A stretch of 64,000 bases of DNA from Dehalococcoidia bacterium (GCA_965249065.1 CBDFLG010000001.1:1286646-1350645), one strand, 5' to 3'; shown: positions 19,166-29,358, counted from the first letter of the stretch. Notes: a model not told the origin generated them from the sequence alone. Made by a program: numbers and translations.

Positions 19166-19768
19166 ATGACGGCAGCATCCCTGATTGCCATTCCCGCCCG
19201 GCGGGGCAAGGCGGCCTTGGTAGCCGCAGGTCAAAGCGTCAGAATAATCAACACCCACGGACAGCAGGTCGTTGACACCTGGGCCTTCCGGCGCGATGAC
19301 CTGACCGAGTTCATGTCCATGGAGCACTCACGGACAGCTCTGGGGCGCATCATTCCCACTGTCGGGCAATCCATGGTCACCAACCGGAGGCGGCCAATCC
19401 TGACCTTGGTGGAGGATATTTCCGGCGGGATACACGATACGTTGCTGGCAGCGTGCGACCGGTATCGCTACGAGCTGCTGGGCTGCGAGGACTACCACGA
19501 CAACTGTACCGACAACCTAGCGGCGGCGATGGCCGAGTTGGGCCTGAAGCCGCCGGAAACTCCCAGCCCGTGGAACCTGTTCATGAACATTCCGGTGGGA
19601 CCGGACGGCTCGGTGAGTTTCGAGCCGCCGGTATCCAAGCCGGGAGACCACTTGACGCTGCGCGCCGAGATTGATTGCATCGTTGTGTTCTCCGCGTGTC
19701 CGCAGGACATGGTTCCCATCAACGGGGTTGACTGCGTGCCCACGGAGGCCCATTTCCAGGTGATTTAG
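19166..19768 (+). CDS. urea carboxylase-associated (DUF1989) family protein
   Basis: IINTHGQQVVDTWAF...FMSMEHSR...RRPILTLVEDISGGIHDTLLAACDRYRYELLGC..YHDNCTDNL...FSACPQD. Confidence 0.8.
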   Translation: MTAASLIAIPARRGKAALVAAGQSVRIINTHGQQVVDTWAFRRDDLTEFMSMEHSRTALGRIIPTVGQSMVTNRRRPILTLVEDISGGIHDTLLAACDRYRYELLGCEDYHDNCTDNLAAAMAELGLKPPETPSPWNLFMNIPVGPDGSVSFEPPVSKPGDHLTLRAEIDCIVVFSACPQDMVPINGVDCVPTEAHFQVI

Positions 19769-19956
19769 ACCGTAGCCAAGAGGGCCACGGGCACGCCGGA
19801 GCATTTCCTATCCTGCTCACATACACGGTGAACCGGACCCAAGCGCAGATAGCCCAAGAGTGGGCGTCGCAAATGGGCAACTCCTCCCACGCTATCGTTT
19901 CAGGTTTAGTTTGCGGGGCAGGCCAGAGCAGCCGGGGCCCGGCCCGCCCGCGCCGG

Positions 19957-21363
19957 TCAGGCGTTGGGTGGGCGTTGGTTGTGCCAGTGGGTGGCCTGTT
20001 CGTAGGCGTAGGCTACGTTCAGCACGGTCTGATCGGCACCAGGACGGCCCCCTATCTGCAGGCCGATGGGCAGTCCTTCGTCGCTGAAGCCACAGGGGAT
20101 GGAGATTGCCGGAGCGCTGGCCAGATTGAACGTCCGAGTTTGCAGATAGGCCAGCGGCTTCGCCTGCTCCTTGCTGCTGATGACCGGGTCTTCGACGATG
20201 GGCCGGGCCGCCACCCCAGATGTGGGCGTGACCAGCACGTCGTACTGTTCCAGGGCCTGGTGCACCTGCTGGCGGAACATAGTTCGCAATTTCTGGGCCT
20301 TGTAGTAGGCCTGGGCCGGGAATATGCTGCCGGTCAGCAGCCCGATGCGGTTGTTGTGGCCGTAGTCCTGCAACTGGTCCCGCACCCATTCCTTCATGTT
20401 TGCCGCCGGTTCGACCAGCAGCGGCACCTGGGACAGGACGGCCCCGTGGGCGGTCAGGGGAATCGAGACCTGCTCCACCGTCGCCCCCAGCTCTCCCAGC
20501 ACGCCCAGAGCCTTCAGCACCGCGTCGCGGGTGTCGGCGACGACGCTCTCGTCCTCCATCTGCTCGGTGATCACCCCGATGCGAACTCCCTGAAGGTCGG
20601 CGTTCAGGCCCGCCCGGAAGTCGGGTACGGGCTGGCGCAAGGTGTACGGGTCGCGCTCGTCATGCCCCGCGATGGCGGTGAGGGTGATGGCCGCGTCTTC
20701 GACGGTCCGGGAAATTGGCCCTGCGGTGTCCATCGACCACACCCCGGTCATCACGCCGTAGCGGCTGACCAGCCCCCAGGTGGGCCGGTGTCCCACGAGG
20801 CCGCACCAGGTGGCCGGGAACCTGATCGAGCCGCCGGTGTCCTCCCCAAGAGACGTGGCGCAGAGGAAGGCGGCGGTGGCGGCCCCGGACCCGCCGCTGG
20901 AACCGCCGGTGCGGCGGTCCAGGTGCCACGGGTTCCGGGGCGGGCTGAACCGCTCGAAACCCGCCCCCATGGCGAACTCCGTCATGTTGGTCTTGCCCAG
21001 CAGCACCGCGCCCGCCCGTTTCAGGTTGGCGATAATGGTGGCGTCCTCATCGGGCACGAAATCCGCCAGGATGCGGGCGCCGCCCGTTGTGCGGACCCCC
21101 TTGGTCCAGAACTGGTCCTTCACCGCCACCGGTATGCCGTGCATCGGGCCCCGGTACTCGCCGCGGGCGATGGCCTGCTCCGCTTCGCGGGCGGACTCCA
21201 AAGCGTCGCGTCTGGTAACGGTCAGGAATGCGTTGAACTTGAAGTCCAACCCGTCTATGCGGTCGAGGTAGGCCTGGGCAACCTCGACCGGGGAGACCTG
21301 CCGGGACTCGATTAGCCGTGAAAGCTCTGCCACAGAAAGAAAGGGTATATCATGCTGGTCCAT
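19957..21363 (-). CDS. amidase (amidase-signature family)
   Basis: GIPVAVKDQF, GKTNMTEFAMG and the GGSSGGSGAA...GEDTGGSIRFPA signature. Confidence 0.9.
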   Translation of the reverse strand: MDQHDIPFLSVAELSRLIESRQVSPVEVAQAYLDRIDGLDFKFNAFLTVTRRDALESAREAEQAIARGEYRGPMHGIPVAVKDQFWTKGVRTTGGARILADFVPDEDATIIANLKRAGAVLLGKTNMTEFAMGAGFERFSPPRNPWHLDRRTGGSSGGSGAATAAFLCATSLGEDTGGSIRFPATWCGLVGHRPTWGLVSRYGVMTGVWSMDTAGPISRTVEDAAITLTAIAGHDERDPYTLRQPVPDFRAGLNADLQGVRIGVITEQMEDESVVADTRDAVLKALGVLGELGATVEQVSIPLTAHGAVLSQVPLLVEPAANMKEWVRDQLQDYGHNNRIGLLTGSIFPAQAYYKAQKLRTMFRQQVHQALEQYDVLVTPTSGVAARPIVEDPVISSKEQAKPLAYLQTRTFNLASAPAISIPCGFSDEGLPIGLQIGGRPGADQTVLNVAYAYEQATHWHNQRPPNA

Positions 21364-21779
21364 ATTTCGGCCCTCCGGTACAGGCTCATCTCTTCAGATT
21401 CGTGCGGGCTAGGTTAAAGCTGGATGAGCGCGTCGTATTCGTCCAGTATGAGCATCACCGTGTCGGACTTGCTGGGCGGCAGGCTGAAGATGACCCTGCT
21501 GACCTGCCCCTGCCTGTGGTGTCCCCAGCCATTTTAACCCGACAAGCGCCTTGACCTGCCCTCCATGGTTGTGGCGTCCGCTATTTTAGCTCGACGGCCA
21601 CTGGACCTGAGTATTCGGAGAGAATTTCCTCTTGCTCCGGCTGACTATTCCGGTCAATTTACGATTCGCAGTTTACTCGCATGAATCTTCAACCACCTCT
21701 CCGCTATCGCCCAGGAAGGCACCCTAATGGTAACAGGTTAGGAAAACATCCTTGCACTCTTCCACGGAAGCCGAAAGAT

Positions 21780-22151
21780 TCACGATTCTTTGCCCTCTCC
21801 TTGAGGGAGAGCCTTTTCCTTAAAGTATTCTTCCCGGAATTCCAGCGCTTCTTGAATCACGTCCTCACACCACAGTTTGCTTCCGTCTTCCAGAATCAGT
21901 TCCAACCTCGCCATGTCCAAACCACGACTAAATCCACGGCTGAAGGCTCCGGTTCTATCAGCCGCAACAAGGACGGGAGTTTTGGGTGACTTGAGCTCCA
22001 GGTGCTTGAGATCCAGGTGCTTGAAGACGTTGGCCAATTCTTGAAGGAATCCAAGTGCAATGAATAGGCCCTGCATAACCTTGACACTGCACCGCAAGCC
22101 CACCAGAATTCTCTCAGAATCTACACGCATTATTCTCCAATGTTCCTCCAA
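21780..22151 (-). CDS. hypothetical protein (ORFan in a lower-GC patch)
   Basis: Open frame of 123 codons, with an alternative start at 22130. No recognised motif. GC is visibly lower than in the neighbours. Confidence 0.35.
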   Translation of the reverse strand: MEEHWRIMRVDSERILVGLRCSVKVMQGLFIALGFLQELANVFKHLDLKHLELKSPKTPVLVAADRTGAFSRGFSRGLDMARLELILEDGSKLWCEDVIQEALEFREEYFKEKALPQGEGKES

Positions 22152-22177
22152 TAGCTTGCGGGGCCGGAAGGACAGAC

Positions 22178-22984
22178 TTGACTTACCAAACTATCATTCT
22201 CGAAAAGAAAGACCACGTAGCCCGGCTCACCCTCAACCGTCCGGAGCGCCTCAACGCGCTTAACGAGCAGATGTTCACGGAGTTGAACTCGGCGCTGGAA
22301 GACGTGGCAGACGACCGGGAAGTCCGGGCGCTGGTGCTGACCGGCGCGGGCCGGGCCTTTTGCGCCTCCGCCGACATCAAGGACGAGCGGCAAGGGGGCG
22401 ACCGGCTGTTGGGGCACATGGAGCCCTACGAGACTTACCAGTTCATCCGTAGCGGCCCGCAAGGCGTTACTATCAAGCTCCACCAGATGGAAATTCCCAC
22501 CATCGCAATGGTCAACGGTCTGGCCATCGGTGACGGGTTCGATTGGGTGCTGACCTGCGACATCCGGATCGGTTGCGAGCGCTCCCGGTTTATGAATGCG
22601 TTCCTGCAGATGGGGCTGGTGTCGAACACCGGCGGAACTTGGCTTTACCCTCGGGCTTTGGGGGTCAGCCGTGCCCTGGAACTGCTGTACACTGGCGACT
22701 GGCTGGATGCGGAGGACGCGCTGCGGTTGGGCGTGCTCAACCGGCTGGTGCCGTTGGAAGAACTGGAGACGGAAACGATGGACTTGGCCGCTAAAATCGC
22801 TGAGAAAGCCCCGGTAGCCAACAGGCTGGTAAAGGGAATGGTCTACAGGGGGTTGGGTCAATCGCTGGAGGAGCATCTGCACGATACCGCCAAAGCCGAG
22901 ATACTAACCTTGACCAGCGAGGACCACCGGGAAGCCTTGGCCGCCTTTTTGGAAGGACGGAAACCTGAGTTCAAGGGCCGCTAG
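22178..22984 (+). CDS. enoyl-CoA hydratase/isomerase (crotonase) family protein
   Basis: RPERLNALN, VLTGAGRAFCASADIK and ..AMVNGLAIGDGFDWVLTCDIRI. Confidence 0.9.
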   Translation: MTYQTIILEKKDHVARLTLNRPERLNALNEQMFTELNSALEDVADDREVRALVLTGAGRAFCASADIKDERQGGDRLLGHMEPYETYQFIRSGPQGVTIKLHQMEIPTIAMVNGLAIGDGFDWVLTCDIRIGCERSRFMNAFLQMGLVSNTGGTWLYPRALGVSRALELLYTGDWLDAEDALRLGVLNRLVPLEELETETMDLAAKIAEKAPVANRLVKGMVYRGLGQSLEEHLHDTAKAEILTLTSEDHREALAAFLEGRKPEFKGR

Positions 22985-23005
22985 CCAGCCCGATTGAGGA
23001 CGGAT

Positions 23006-23497
23006 ATGGCAGACTCCTTGTTGGAGCAGTTGAAGGCCACAGTTGGGCGTGAGTTGGTATTTCAAGCACCCGACGAGATCGGGCGGTCGGCCTTTCGGCA
23101 ATACGCCTTGGCCATTGGCGATTTCAATCCCCTCTACTCCGACCGTGAGCAGGCCGCCGCTCACGGCCTGCGGGACGTTATGGCTCCGCCGACGCTGGTC
23201 TGCGATACTTGGCAGTACGTCGACAGCGACATGGACGAGCGCGGCGACCTCCTGGGCCGCGGCCCCTTTCGGGAATTGGCCGGGCTTCGGGCTGGCAACG
23301 AGTACGAGTTTTTCCAACCCATCCACCCCGATGACGTGCTCACGGCGCGCTGGTTGGTAGAAGATGTCTACGAACGCACCGGACGCTCCGGGTCGCTCAT
23401 CTTCCAGGTCATCGAGGCCACGTTCCACAACCAGCGCGGCGAATTGCTGGCCCGCAATACCGAGACCCTGTTTTACCGGGAGGAGACGTCAGAATGA
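23006..23497 (+). CDS. MaoC-family dehydratase, N-terminal (FAS1-like) hotdog subunit
   Basis: ...FRQYALAIGDFNPLYSD...APPTL.... GAGGA lies before ATG 23006. The stop overlaps the next gene's ATG (ATGA). Confidence 0.7.
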   Translation: MADSLLEQLKATVGRELVFQAPDEIGRSAFRQYALAIGDFNPLYSDREQAAAHGLRDVMAPPTLVCDTWQYVDSDMDERGDLLGRGPFRELAGLRAGNEYEFFQPIHPDDVLTARWLVEDVYERTGRSGSLIFQVIEATFHNQRGELLARNTETLFYREETSE

Positions 23498-23970
23498 GTT
23501 TCAACGGTAGCGCCGGCCGGTTCTTTGAGGACGTCTCGGTGGGCGAGGAGCTGGCCCCGCTTTACAAGCAAATCGACGCTGCCCGCATGATGGCCTACGG
23601 GTCCGCTACCTGGGACTTCATCAGAGTCCATTACGACGCCGGATATGTCCAAGAACTTGGGTTCCCCGGCCCCTTCGTAGACGGTCAGATGTTGGGCGCC
23701 TTCTTGGCTCAGCACGTCCAAGACTGGGCGGGCCCCCGCGCATTTCTACGCAAGCTGGGCTTCCGCAACCGGGTCATGGCCTACCCAGGCGACTCTCTGG
23801 TCTGCCGGGGCGTGGTCGCCGGGCTATACCGGGATGGCGACGACAATGAAGGGCCGGGACTCGCCGAGTGCGACCTGTGGATTGAGAACCAACGCGCAGA
23901 GCGTGTGGTCGAACCGGCCAGCGCGGTGGTGCAACTTCCGCTACGGCCCGGCTCCGGGCGGCCCCAATGA
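23494..23970 (+). CDS. MaoC-like (R)-hydratase hotdog subunit
   Basis: ...MAYGSATWDFIRVHYDAGYVQELGFPGPFVDGQM... Coupled to both neighbours by 4-nt overlaps. Confidence 0.7.
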   Translation: MSFNGSAGRFFEDVSVGEELAPLYKQIDAARMMAYGSATWDFIRVHYDAGYVQELGFPGPFVDGQMLGAFLAQHVQDWAGPRAFLRKLGFRNRVMAYPGDSLVCRGVVAGLYRDGDDNEGPGLAECDLWIENQRAERVVEPASAVVQLPLRPGSGRPQ

Positions 23971-25250
23971 GCTCGGACGTTAACCCAGGTGCCACCCCGC
24001 GGGCCGCTCTCACCGGCGTGAGGGTCGTGGAATACACCGAGATGGCATCGGCGTCTTTCTGCGCCCGGTTGCTCGGGGACGCCGGAGCCGACGTGGTGAA
24101 GGTGGAAACGCCCGAAGGGGACCGACACCGACGGCACGGCCCCTTCCCCGACGGCCAGCCTGACCCAGGCTGGAGCGGGTTGTTCCTTTATCTGAACGCC
24201 AACAAGCGCGGGGTGGGCCTGGACCTGCAGGACCCGCCCCAGAACGCGGCGTTTTACGAGCTGGTGGCCAAAGCCGATATTCTGGCCGTCGGCGGACAGA
24301 GCGCCGAGATTGTGCGGCGGGGTCTGCGCCGCGAGGCTCTCGAGCATCTCAATCCCGGATTGATAGTTGCCGCCATCACGCCCTTCGGCCTGTCGGGGCC
24401 AAACAGCGCCTACGTGGGCGACGAGCTGACCGGGGTGGCAGCCGGTGGGCTGTCTTTCAGTACGCCCGGAATTCCCGACGGCGTGCAGGACCCGGCAGAG
24501 GAACCCCCGCTCCAGGCCAACACCCCACTCGGTGAGCTAATGACCGGGGTACTGGGCTCGGCGGCCTGTGTAGCCGCGCTGCTGGCCCGGCAATTCAGCG
24601 GCCAAGGCTGTGAAATCGACCTCAGCCTGCAGGAGGGGGTGGCCGCGGTTATGCCCTACGAATTGGCCCACGCCGCCTACCACGAGCCCAAGAAGCGGGA
24701 TCCGTCCGTTTTCGGACTGATGCCAAACGTTTATATGCCCTGCAAGGATGGCTACGTGGTAATAATGGCAGTCATTGATGGCCACTGGCGTAGCTTGATG
24801 GAAGCCGTCGGCAACCCTGACTGGGCCGAATTGGAGGTGTTCGCAACCGCCCAACAGCGGGCGCTAAACTGGGACGCGCTGGAACCCTTGATGCTTGAAT
24901 GGACCATGTCGCACACCGGCGAGGAAATTGCCCGCCTAGCCCAGGAGCGCGGCGTTCCCTGTTTCCCGGCTTACACCGTGGGGCAGATGATGGAGTCGAC
25001 TCATGTTGCCGAGCGAGGTTTTCTCCAAGAGTTCACCAGCCCCGAAGGCCGGACTTTTCAGTTACCCGGACATCCAATCCGCATGAGCGAAACGCCTTGG
25101 CGGACGTTTCGCCCTGCACCACGCTTGGGCCAGCACACTGTCGAGGTTCTGCGCGACTGGCTCGGTCGATCAGAGACCCAAGCGCAGTCCCTGTCAGGAG
25201 CATTCATGGAGCAGGCCGGCGCGAGGGCTGACGGGGCAAGCGGGCTATGA
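23967..25250 (+). CDS. CaiB/BaiF family III CoA-transferase
   Basis: LTGVRVVEYTEMASASFCARLLGDAGADVVKVE...LNANKRGV. Confidence 0.85.
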   Translation: MSSDVNPGATPRAALTGVRVVEYTEMASASFCARLLGDAGADVVKVETPEGDRHRRHGPFPDGQPDPGWSGLFLYLNANKRGVGLDLQDPPQNAAFYELVAKADILAVGGQSAEIVRRGLRREALEHLNPGLIVAAITPFGLSGPNSAYVGDELTGVAAGGLSFSTPGIPDGVQDPAEEPPLQANTPLGELMTGVLGSAACVAALLARQFSGQGCEIDLSLQEGVAAVMPYELAHAAYHEPKKRDPSVFGLMPNVYMPCKDGYVVIMAVIDGHWRSLMEAVGNPDWAELEVFATAQQRALNWDALEPLMLEWTMSHTGEEIARLAQERGVPCFPAYTVGQMMESTHVAERGFLQEFTSPEGRTFQLPGHPIRMSETPWRTFRPAPRLGQHTVEVLRDWLGRSETQAQSLSGAFMEQAGARADGASGL

Positions 25251-26464
25251 ACCCTGCGACGTTGCCGTTGCATGGCATCCGCGTAGCCGATTTCGGGCAG
25301 GTTATCGCCGCTCCGGTCGCGGCTCAAATGCTGGCTTGGCTGGGCGCGGAGGTAGTGCTGGTCGAGACCAAATCCCGCATGACAACCCGCGTGTGGCCGC
25401 CCTTCGCCGACGGGGAGTTCGGCATAGACCGCAGCGGCGGTTTCAACCTGGTCAACAACAACAAGCTGAGCTGCTCCCTCAACCTGCGCCACCCCGAGGC
25501 GCTGGAATTGGCCAAGGGCATAATTTCCGTCAGCGACGTTCTGGTGGAAAACTACGCAACCGGGGTGATGGAACACCTGGGCTTGGGTTACGACGAGGTG
25601 AAGAAGCTGCGGCCCGACATCGTTTACATGTCCCTGGCCGCCTTCGGGCGCAGCGGGGCCTTCAAGGGCCTGACCGGATTTCACAGCGTCATCAACCTGT
25701 TCAGTGGCCTGGCTGCTGTCACCGGCTACCCGGGCACCCATCCGAGAGTAATGGGCGGTCTGATTCCCGACGCCTTCGCCGGCTGCTACTGTGTTCTGGC
25801 CGTTCTGGAGGCGTTGTACCACCGTTCTCGCACCGGCGAGGGCCAGTTCATCGAGGTGTCAATGACCGAGGCGCTGACCGGCATGATTCCCGAAGCGGTG
25901 ATGGAATACTCCCTTACCGGCGAGGAACAGCAGAGAACGGGCAACCGCGACGGGCGGAAAGCGCCCCACAACGTGTTCCGGTGCTTGGGCGAGGAGAAGT
26001 GGGTGGCGGTTTCTGTGGAGACGGACGCACAATTCCGAGCCCTGTCACATGCTTCCGGCAACGCCGGTTGGGCCGGCGACCCCCGGTTTGCCACTTCCGC
26101 GGCTCGCCTGGAAAACCAGGATGCCTTGGAAGCGCTCTTGCAACAATGGACCGCCGGTCTGGAAGTTGAAGAGGTGGTCGCAGCCCTGCAGGATGCGGGT
26201 GTCCCAGCGGCCCCGGTGTGGGACACCGCCGAGGTGCTCGCCGACCCGCATCTGGTGGAACGGGGTTTCGTGGCCCCGGTGGAGCACCCAGTAGTGGGTA
26301 CGCGGACCGTTCCCACCCTTCCTTGGGCTGCCGACGGGCGGAGAGGAGACGCTCTCCGGCCCGCGCCCACCTTCGGCCAGCACAATCGGTGGGTACTGAA
26401 AGAGCTGCTTCAAGTGCCTGACGAAGAATACGAGCGGCTGGTATTATCGGGCGCGATCGGCTGA
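25247..26464 (+). CDS. CaiB/BaiF family III CoA-transferase (paralog)
   Basis: LHGIRVADFGQVIAAPVAAQMLAWLGAEVVLVE...NNNKLS. The start overlaps the previous gene's stop (ATGA). Confidence 0.85.
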   Translation: MNPATLPLHGIRVADFGQVIAAPVAAQMLAWLGAEVVLVETKSRMTTRVWPPFADGEFGIDRSGGFNLVNNNKLSCSLNLRHPEALELAKGIISVSDVLVENYATGVMEHLGLGYDEVKKLRPDIVYMSLAAFGRSGAFKGLTGFHSVINLFSGLAAVTGYPGTHPRVMGGLIPDAFAGCYCVLAVLEALYHRSRTGEGQFIEVSMTEALTGMIPEAVMEYSLTGEEQQRTGNRDGRKAPHNVFRCLGEEKWVAVSVETDAQFRALSHASGNAGWAGDPRFATSAARLENQDALEALLQQWTAGLEVEEVVAALQDAGVPAAPVWDTAEVLADPHLVERGFVAPVEHPVVGTRTVPTLPWAADGRRGDALRPAPTFGQHNRWVLKELLQVPDEEYERLVLSGAIG

Positions 26465-26488
26465 ATTCCTCGCGGGCAGGGAGTTGTT

Positions 26489-27718
26489 ATGCCCAGAAAC
26501 ATTGTCGAGGTCGACCCGCAGAAATTCCCGTGGCTGGATTTGAACCGCTACACCTTCTGCCTGGGAGCGGAAAACGGCGGGATTCTGTATCTGGCTGGGC
26601 AAACGGCCAGCGAGTACGACCCGGCCGGAGGCGCCGTCGTTTGCAAGGGCGACCTGCTCGATCAGACCAGAGTCATCTACGAAAAGCTGGGCGTAGTCCT
26701 TGAAGCCGCTGGGATGTCCTTCGATAACGTGGTGCAGACGGTTGACTACATCGACCCGACGGCCCTGCCTCAATACCGTGAAACCGGCGCAATCCGCCGG
26801 GAATTCCTCGACGGCACTCCGGTGGGGTCCACCGGAATCTGTGTGGAGCGGCTGCTTCGGCCTGACGCCCTGCTGGAGGTCAGCGCGGTGGCGGTGAGTG
26901 GGGAGAAGCGTGCGGTCAATCCCGGCTACGACCGGTACGGCGTCCTCACCTACGTGCCCGGCGTAATCGCCGGTGACACGCTGTGGACCTCCGGTTTCGT
27001 CGGCAATGAAGAGGCGGAAGGGCAGGCTTCCTTTCCCCAAGACACCGGCCGCCAGATGGGGCTTACCTACGAAATCGTGGGCAGCGTGCTTGCAGCCGCC
27101 GGGGCCGTTCCCTCCGACGTTGTTAAGACCCTGGAATATGTCGCCCCACAAGCGTGGCTCCAGTATGACGGCGGTGCAGCGGACTCACGCCGTGAGTTCT
27201 TCAAGGGCGCATACCCGGCCACCACTGGAATCACGGTAAACCGGCTGCTCCGCCCCGAAGGTCACGTGGAAGTCGAAGCGGTCGCGGTGCTGGGCGGAAA
27301 CCGGGAGGAGATACAGGTACCGGGGTGGGAGCCCAGCTACGGCGGCGCGACCCACGTTCCGGGAGTCAAGAAGGGACGGATGCTGCAACTGTCGGGGCAA
27401 GCGGGCGTTGACCACACGACCGCCTCCGTCGTGGCTCCGTTCGACATAGTGGCCCAAGCCGAGCAGGCCTACGGCAACCTGGCGCGAGTACTGGCCGAAG
27501 GCGGCTATTCCATGGATGACGTGGTCAACACCATAGAGTGGGTTCCTCCCAACGGCCTGTCGGCCTACCGCCAGGTCGGGGAGGTGCGCCGAAAGTTCTT
27601 CGGGCAGAGCTTCCCTTCCGCCACCGGAGTCTCGATGCACCGCATCCGCCGGCCCGGCCCGACCGACCGGGTGGTTTCTGAACTCCTGTTTGAGGTAACG
27701 GCAGTGGCCATAGTCTAG
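26489..27718 (+). CDS. triple-RidA-domain fusion protein (409 aa)
   Basis: Three consecutive ~135-aa RidA-like modules. They end in ...TGICVERLLRPDALLEVSAVAV, ...TGITVNRLLRPEGHVEVEAVAV and ...TGVSMHRIRRP...LFEVTAVAIV. Confidence 0.8.
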   Translation: MPRNIVEVDPQKFPWLDLNRYTFCLGAENGGILYLAGQTASEYDPAGGAVVCKGDLLDQTRVIYEKLGVVLEAAGMSFDNVVQTVDYIDPTALPQYRETGAIRREFLDGTPVGSTGICVERLLRPDALLEVSAVAVSGEKRAVNPGYDRYGVLTYVPGVIAGDTLWTSGFVGNEEAEGQASFPQDTGRQMGLTYEIVGSVLAAAGAVPSDVVKTLEYVAPQAWLQYDGGAADSRREFFKGAYPATTGITVNRLLRPEGHVEVEAVAVLGGNREEIQVPGWEPSYGGATHVPGVKKGRMLQLSGQAGVDHTTASVVAPFDIVAQAEQAYGNLARVLAEGGYSMDDVVNTIEWVPPNGLSAYRQVGEVRRKFFGQSFPSATGVSMHRIRRPGPTDRVVSELLFEVTAVAIV

Positions 27719-27730
27719 CCCCCGCCTTCC

Positions 27731-27925
27731 TGACCTGCCCCAAAGTTAGTACCACCGGCTATGTTAATCTGGCGAGCATCGGGACGGGAACCGCGAGGAG
27801 GACAACCTCCGGTGCAGGCGGCCTGTAACCCAACGAACTGCGGGGCCTGATGCGGTTATAGGTCTGCCGGCACTGCCCGGTCAGCCCCTCCGTCTTGCCT
27901 GCGTCCCTGACCCGTCGGCCTATGT
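27731..27925 (-). mobile_element. IS3-family remnant (terminal IR plus the last ~45 codons of orfB)
   Basis: The reverse frame reads ...RQTYNRIRPRSSLGYRPPAPEV (rve C-terminus). TGACCTGCCCCAAAGTTAGTACC at 27731..27753 resembles IS150-type IRs. It begins 13 nt after the RidA-fusion stop. Confidence 0.6.
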
Positions 27926-27996
27926 GGCACTAGCAGTCTGTCCGAGAAATACCGTTGAAGAGGGCATCGGGGTATGATGGCGCCAGCATCAAGCGC

Positions 27997-28915
27997 ATGG
28001 AGCCGTCGCCGATTAGCAAAACCTACCGTCCATACGATCCCGGCCAGCGGTTGCTGCTGTCGGCGGCCCTGCAGGAGTGGCCGCCCGCCGACCATCCGGC
28101 GTATTTCATCTCCGACATAGTTGACCAGTTGGACCCCCGCTTTCGCTGGGGCAGGCTCTGTCCGGTATCATTGCCCGCTACGAGCAAGAGAGGCGTGGCG
28201 GGCCGCCCTATTATCCCCGAATGATGGTCAAAGTGTTGCTCTACGGCTACTGCACCGGAGCGGCCTCCTCCTGGCGCATCGCCCGGCGTCTCCACGAGGA
28301 CATAGCCTTCCGGGTGCTGGCGGCCAACAACACGCCCGACTTCCGCACCATCTCCGGCTTTCGCAAGGACAATCTGGCCGAACTTTCCGGCCTGTTCCTG
28401 CAGGTGCTGGCGCTGTGCCAGTGGGCGGGCTTGGTAAAGCTGGGCTACGTGGCGCTGGACGGCACCAAGGTGAAAGCCACGCATCGAACCCCAAGGCGAT
28501 GAGCTACGGGCGGATGAAGGAGAAGGAAGCGCAGTTGGCGGCTGAGGTGGCTGAGTTGCTGCGGCAGGCACAGGAAGCGGATGATGAGGAATACCGCCGG
28601 TACGGCCAGGACCGGCGCGGGGATAAGTTGCCGGAGGAGTTGGCCTTCCGGGAAGGGCGGTTGCAGAAGATACGGGAGGTCATGGCAGCGCTGGAAGCCG
28701 AGTCCGAAGTAGAAGGGACGGAGCATCCGGGAGTGCCTGATAACAAAGCCCAGGGCAACTTCACCGACGCCGAATCGCGCATCATGCCCACTCCTGGAGG
28801 CCGGGACTTCCAGCAAGCCTACAACTGTCAGGCAGTGGTGGACAGCGCCCACCAGGTGATTGTGGCGGCCCGGGCCACCAACCAGACCTCGGAGTCAACG
28901 CCGACGCACAATTGA
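27997..28915 (+). pseudogene. IS1182-family transposase, frameshifted and 3'-truncated
   Basis: Three frames join. Frame 1: MEPSPISKTYRPYDPGQRLLLSAALQEWPPADHPAYFISDIVDQLD. Frame 2: MMVKVLLYGYCTGAASSWRIARRLHEDIAFRVLAANNTPDFRTISGFRK...GLVKLGYVALDGTKVKA. Frame 3: KAMSYGRMKEKEAQLAAEV...NCQAVVDSAHQVIVAARATNQ. Confidence 0.8.
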
Positions 28916-28929
28916 CCCGGTTTCGCCGA

Positions 28930-29200
28930 TGGGGACTTGACCCACCAAGTTCTCGTTTTGCCTATTACCGAAGAGTGGCTAGGGACAATACCGTGAAGTT
29001 TCAGAAGCACATCCTGCAGTTGCTGCCCGGCCCGGAACGCCGCAGCTATGCCGGATCGGTTTGGTGGAGGCACTGGATGGCCGGCTGCCGGTGCAACACG
29101 AGGGGCGCGCATCATTGCTGCCTGGGCGCCGCCGCCCAATCCGGGATTTCTTCGAATCAGCAACGGGCCTCTCGCAAATACTTCTATCCCGCACCCCGAT
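28930..29200 (+). pseudogene. transposase/integrase C-terminal fragment (family uncertain), frameshifted
   Basis: ...YYRRVARDNTVKFQKHILQLLPGPERRSYAGS... in one frame, then VEALDGRLPVQHEGR and IIAAWAPPPNPGFLR in other frames. Confidence 0.35.
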
Positions 29201-29358
29201 CCTGAAGGGTTGGCCGAACCCCCGAAAACGGCTCTCGAAGCTCTAACCACAAAGACAGACCAAGAAAACGATGGCGGCCTTGTCATTGACGGCGGGGACG
29301 TGGCTGGCATGGCAGTAACTACATCACCGCGGAAGCCGGCATTTCTTCAAAAGGCAAG

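Noticed and set aside
19828-21315. 495-codon plus-strand ORF
   Set aside because: Antisense to the amidase gene. The product is Gly/Arg/Pro/Ala-rich and low-complexity, as is typical of GC-rich shadow frames. The same reasoning applies to 45347..46750(-) over argJ, 51389..52729(-) over argD, 2714..3970(+) over polX, 8683..9753(-) over the NHL gene, 57294..58067(-) over the acyl-CoA dehydrogenase, and 62573..63346(-) / 62674..63522(+) over the crotonase.
21414-21530. Antitoxin-like frame ending ...LILDEYDALIQL
   Set aside because: There is no start codon in frame after the upstream stop, and no partner toxin ORF. It is mentioned only as a possible relic.
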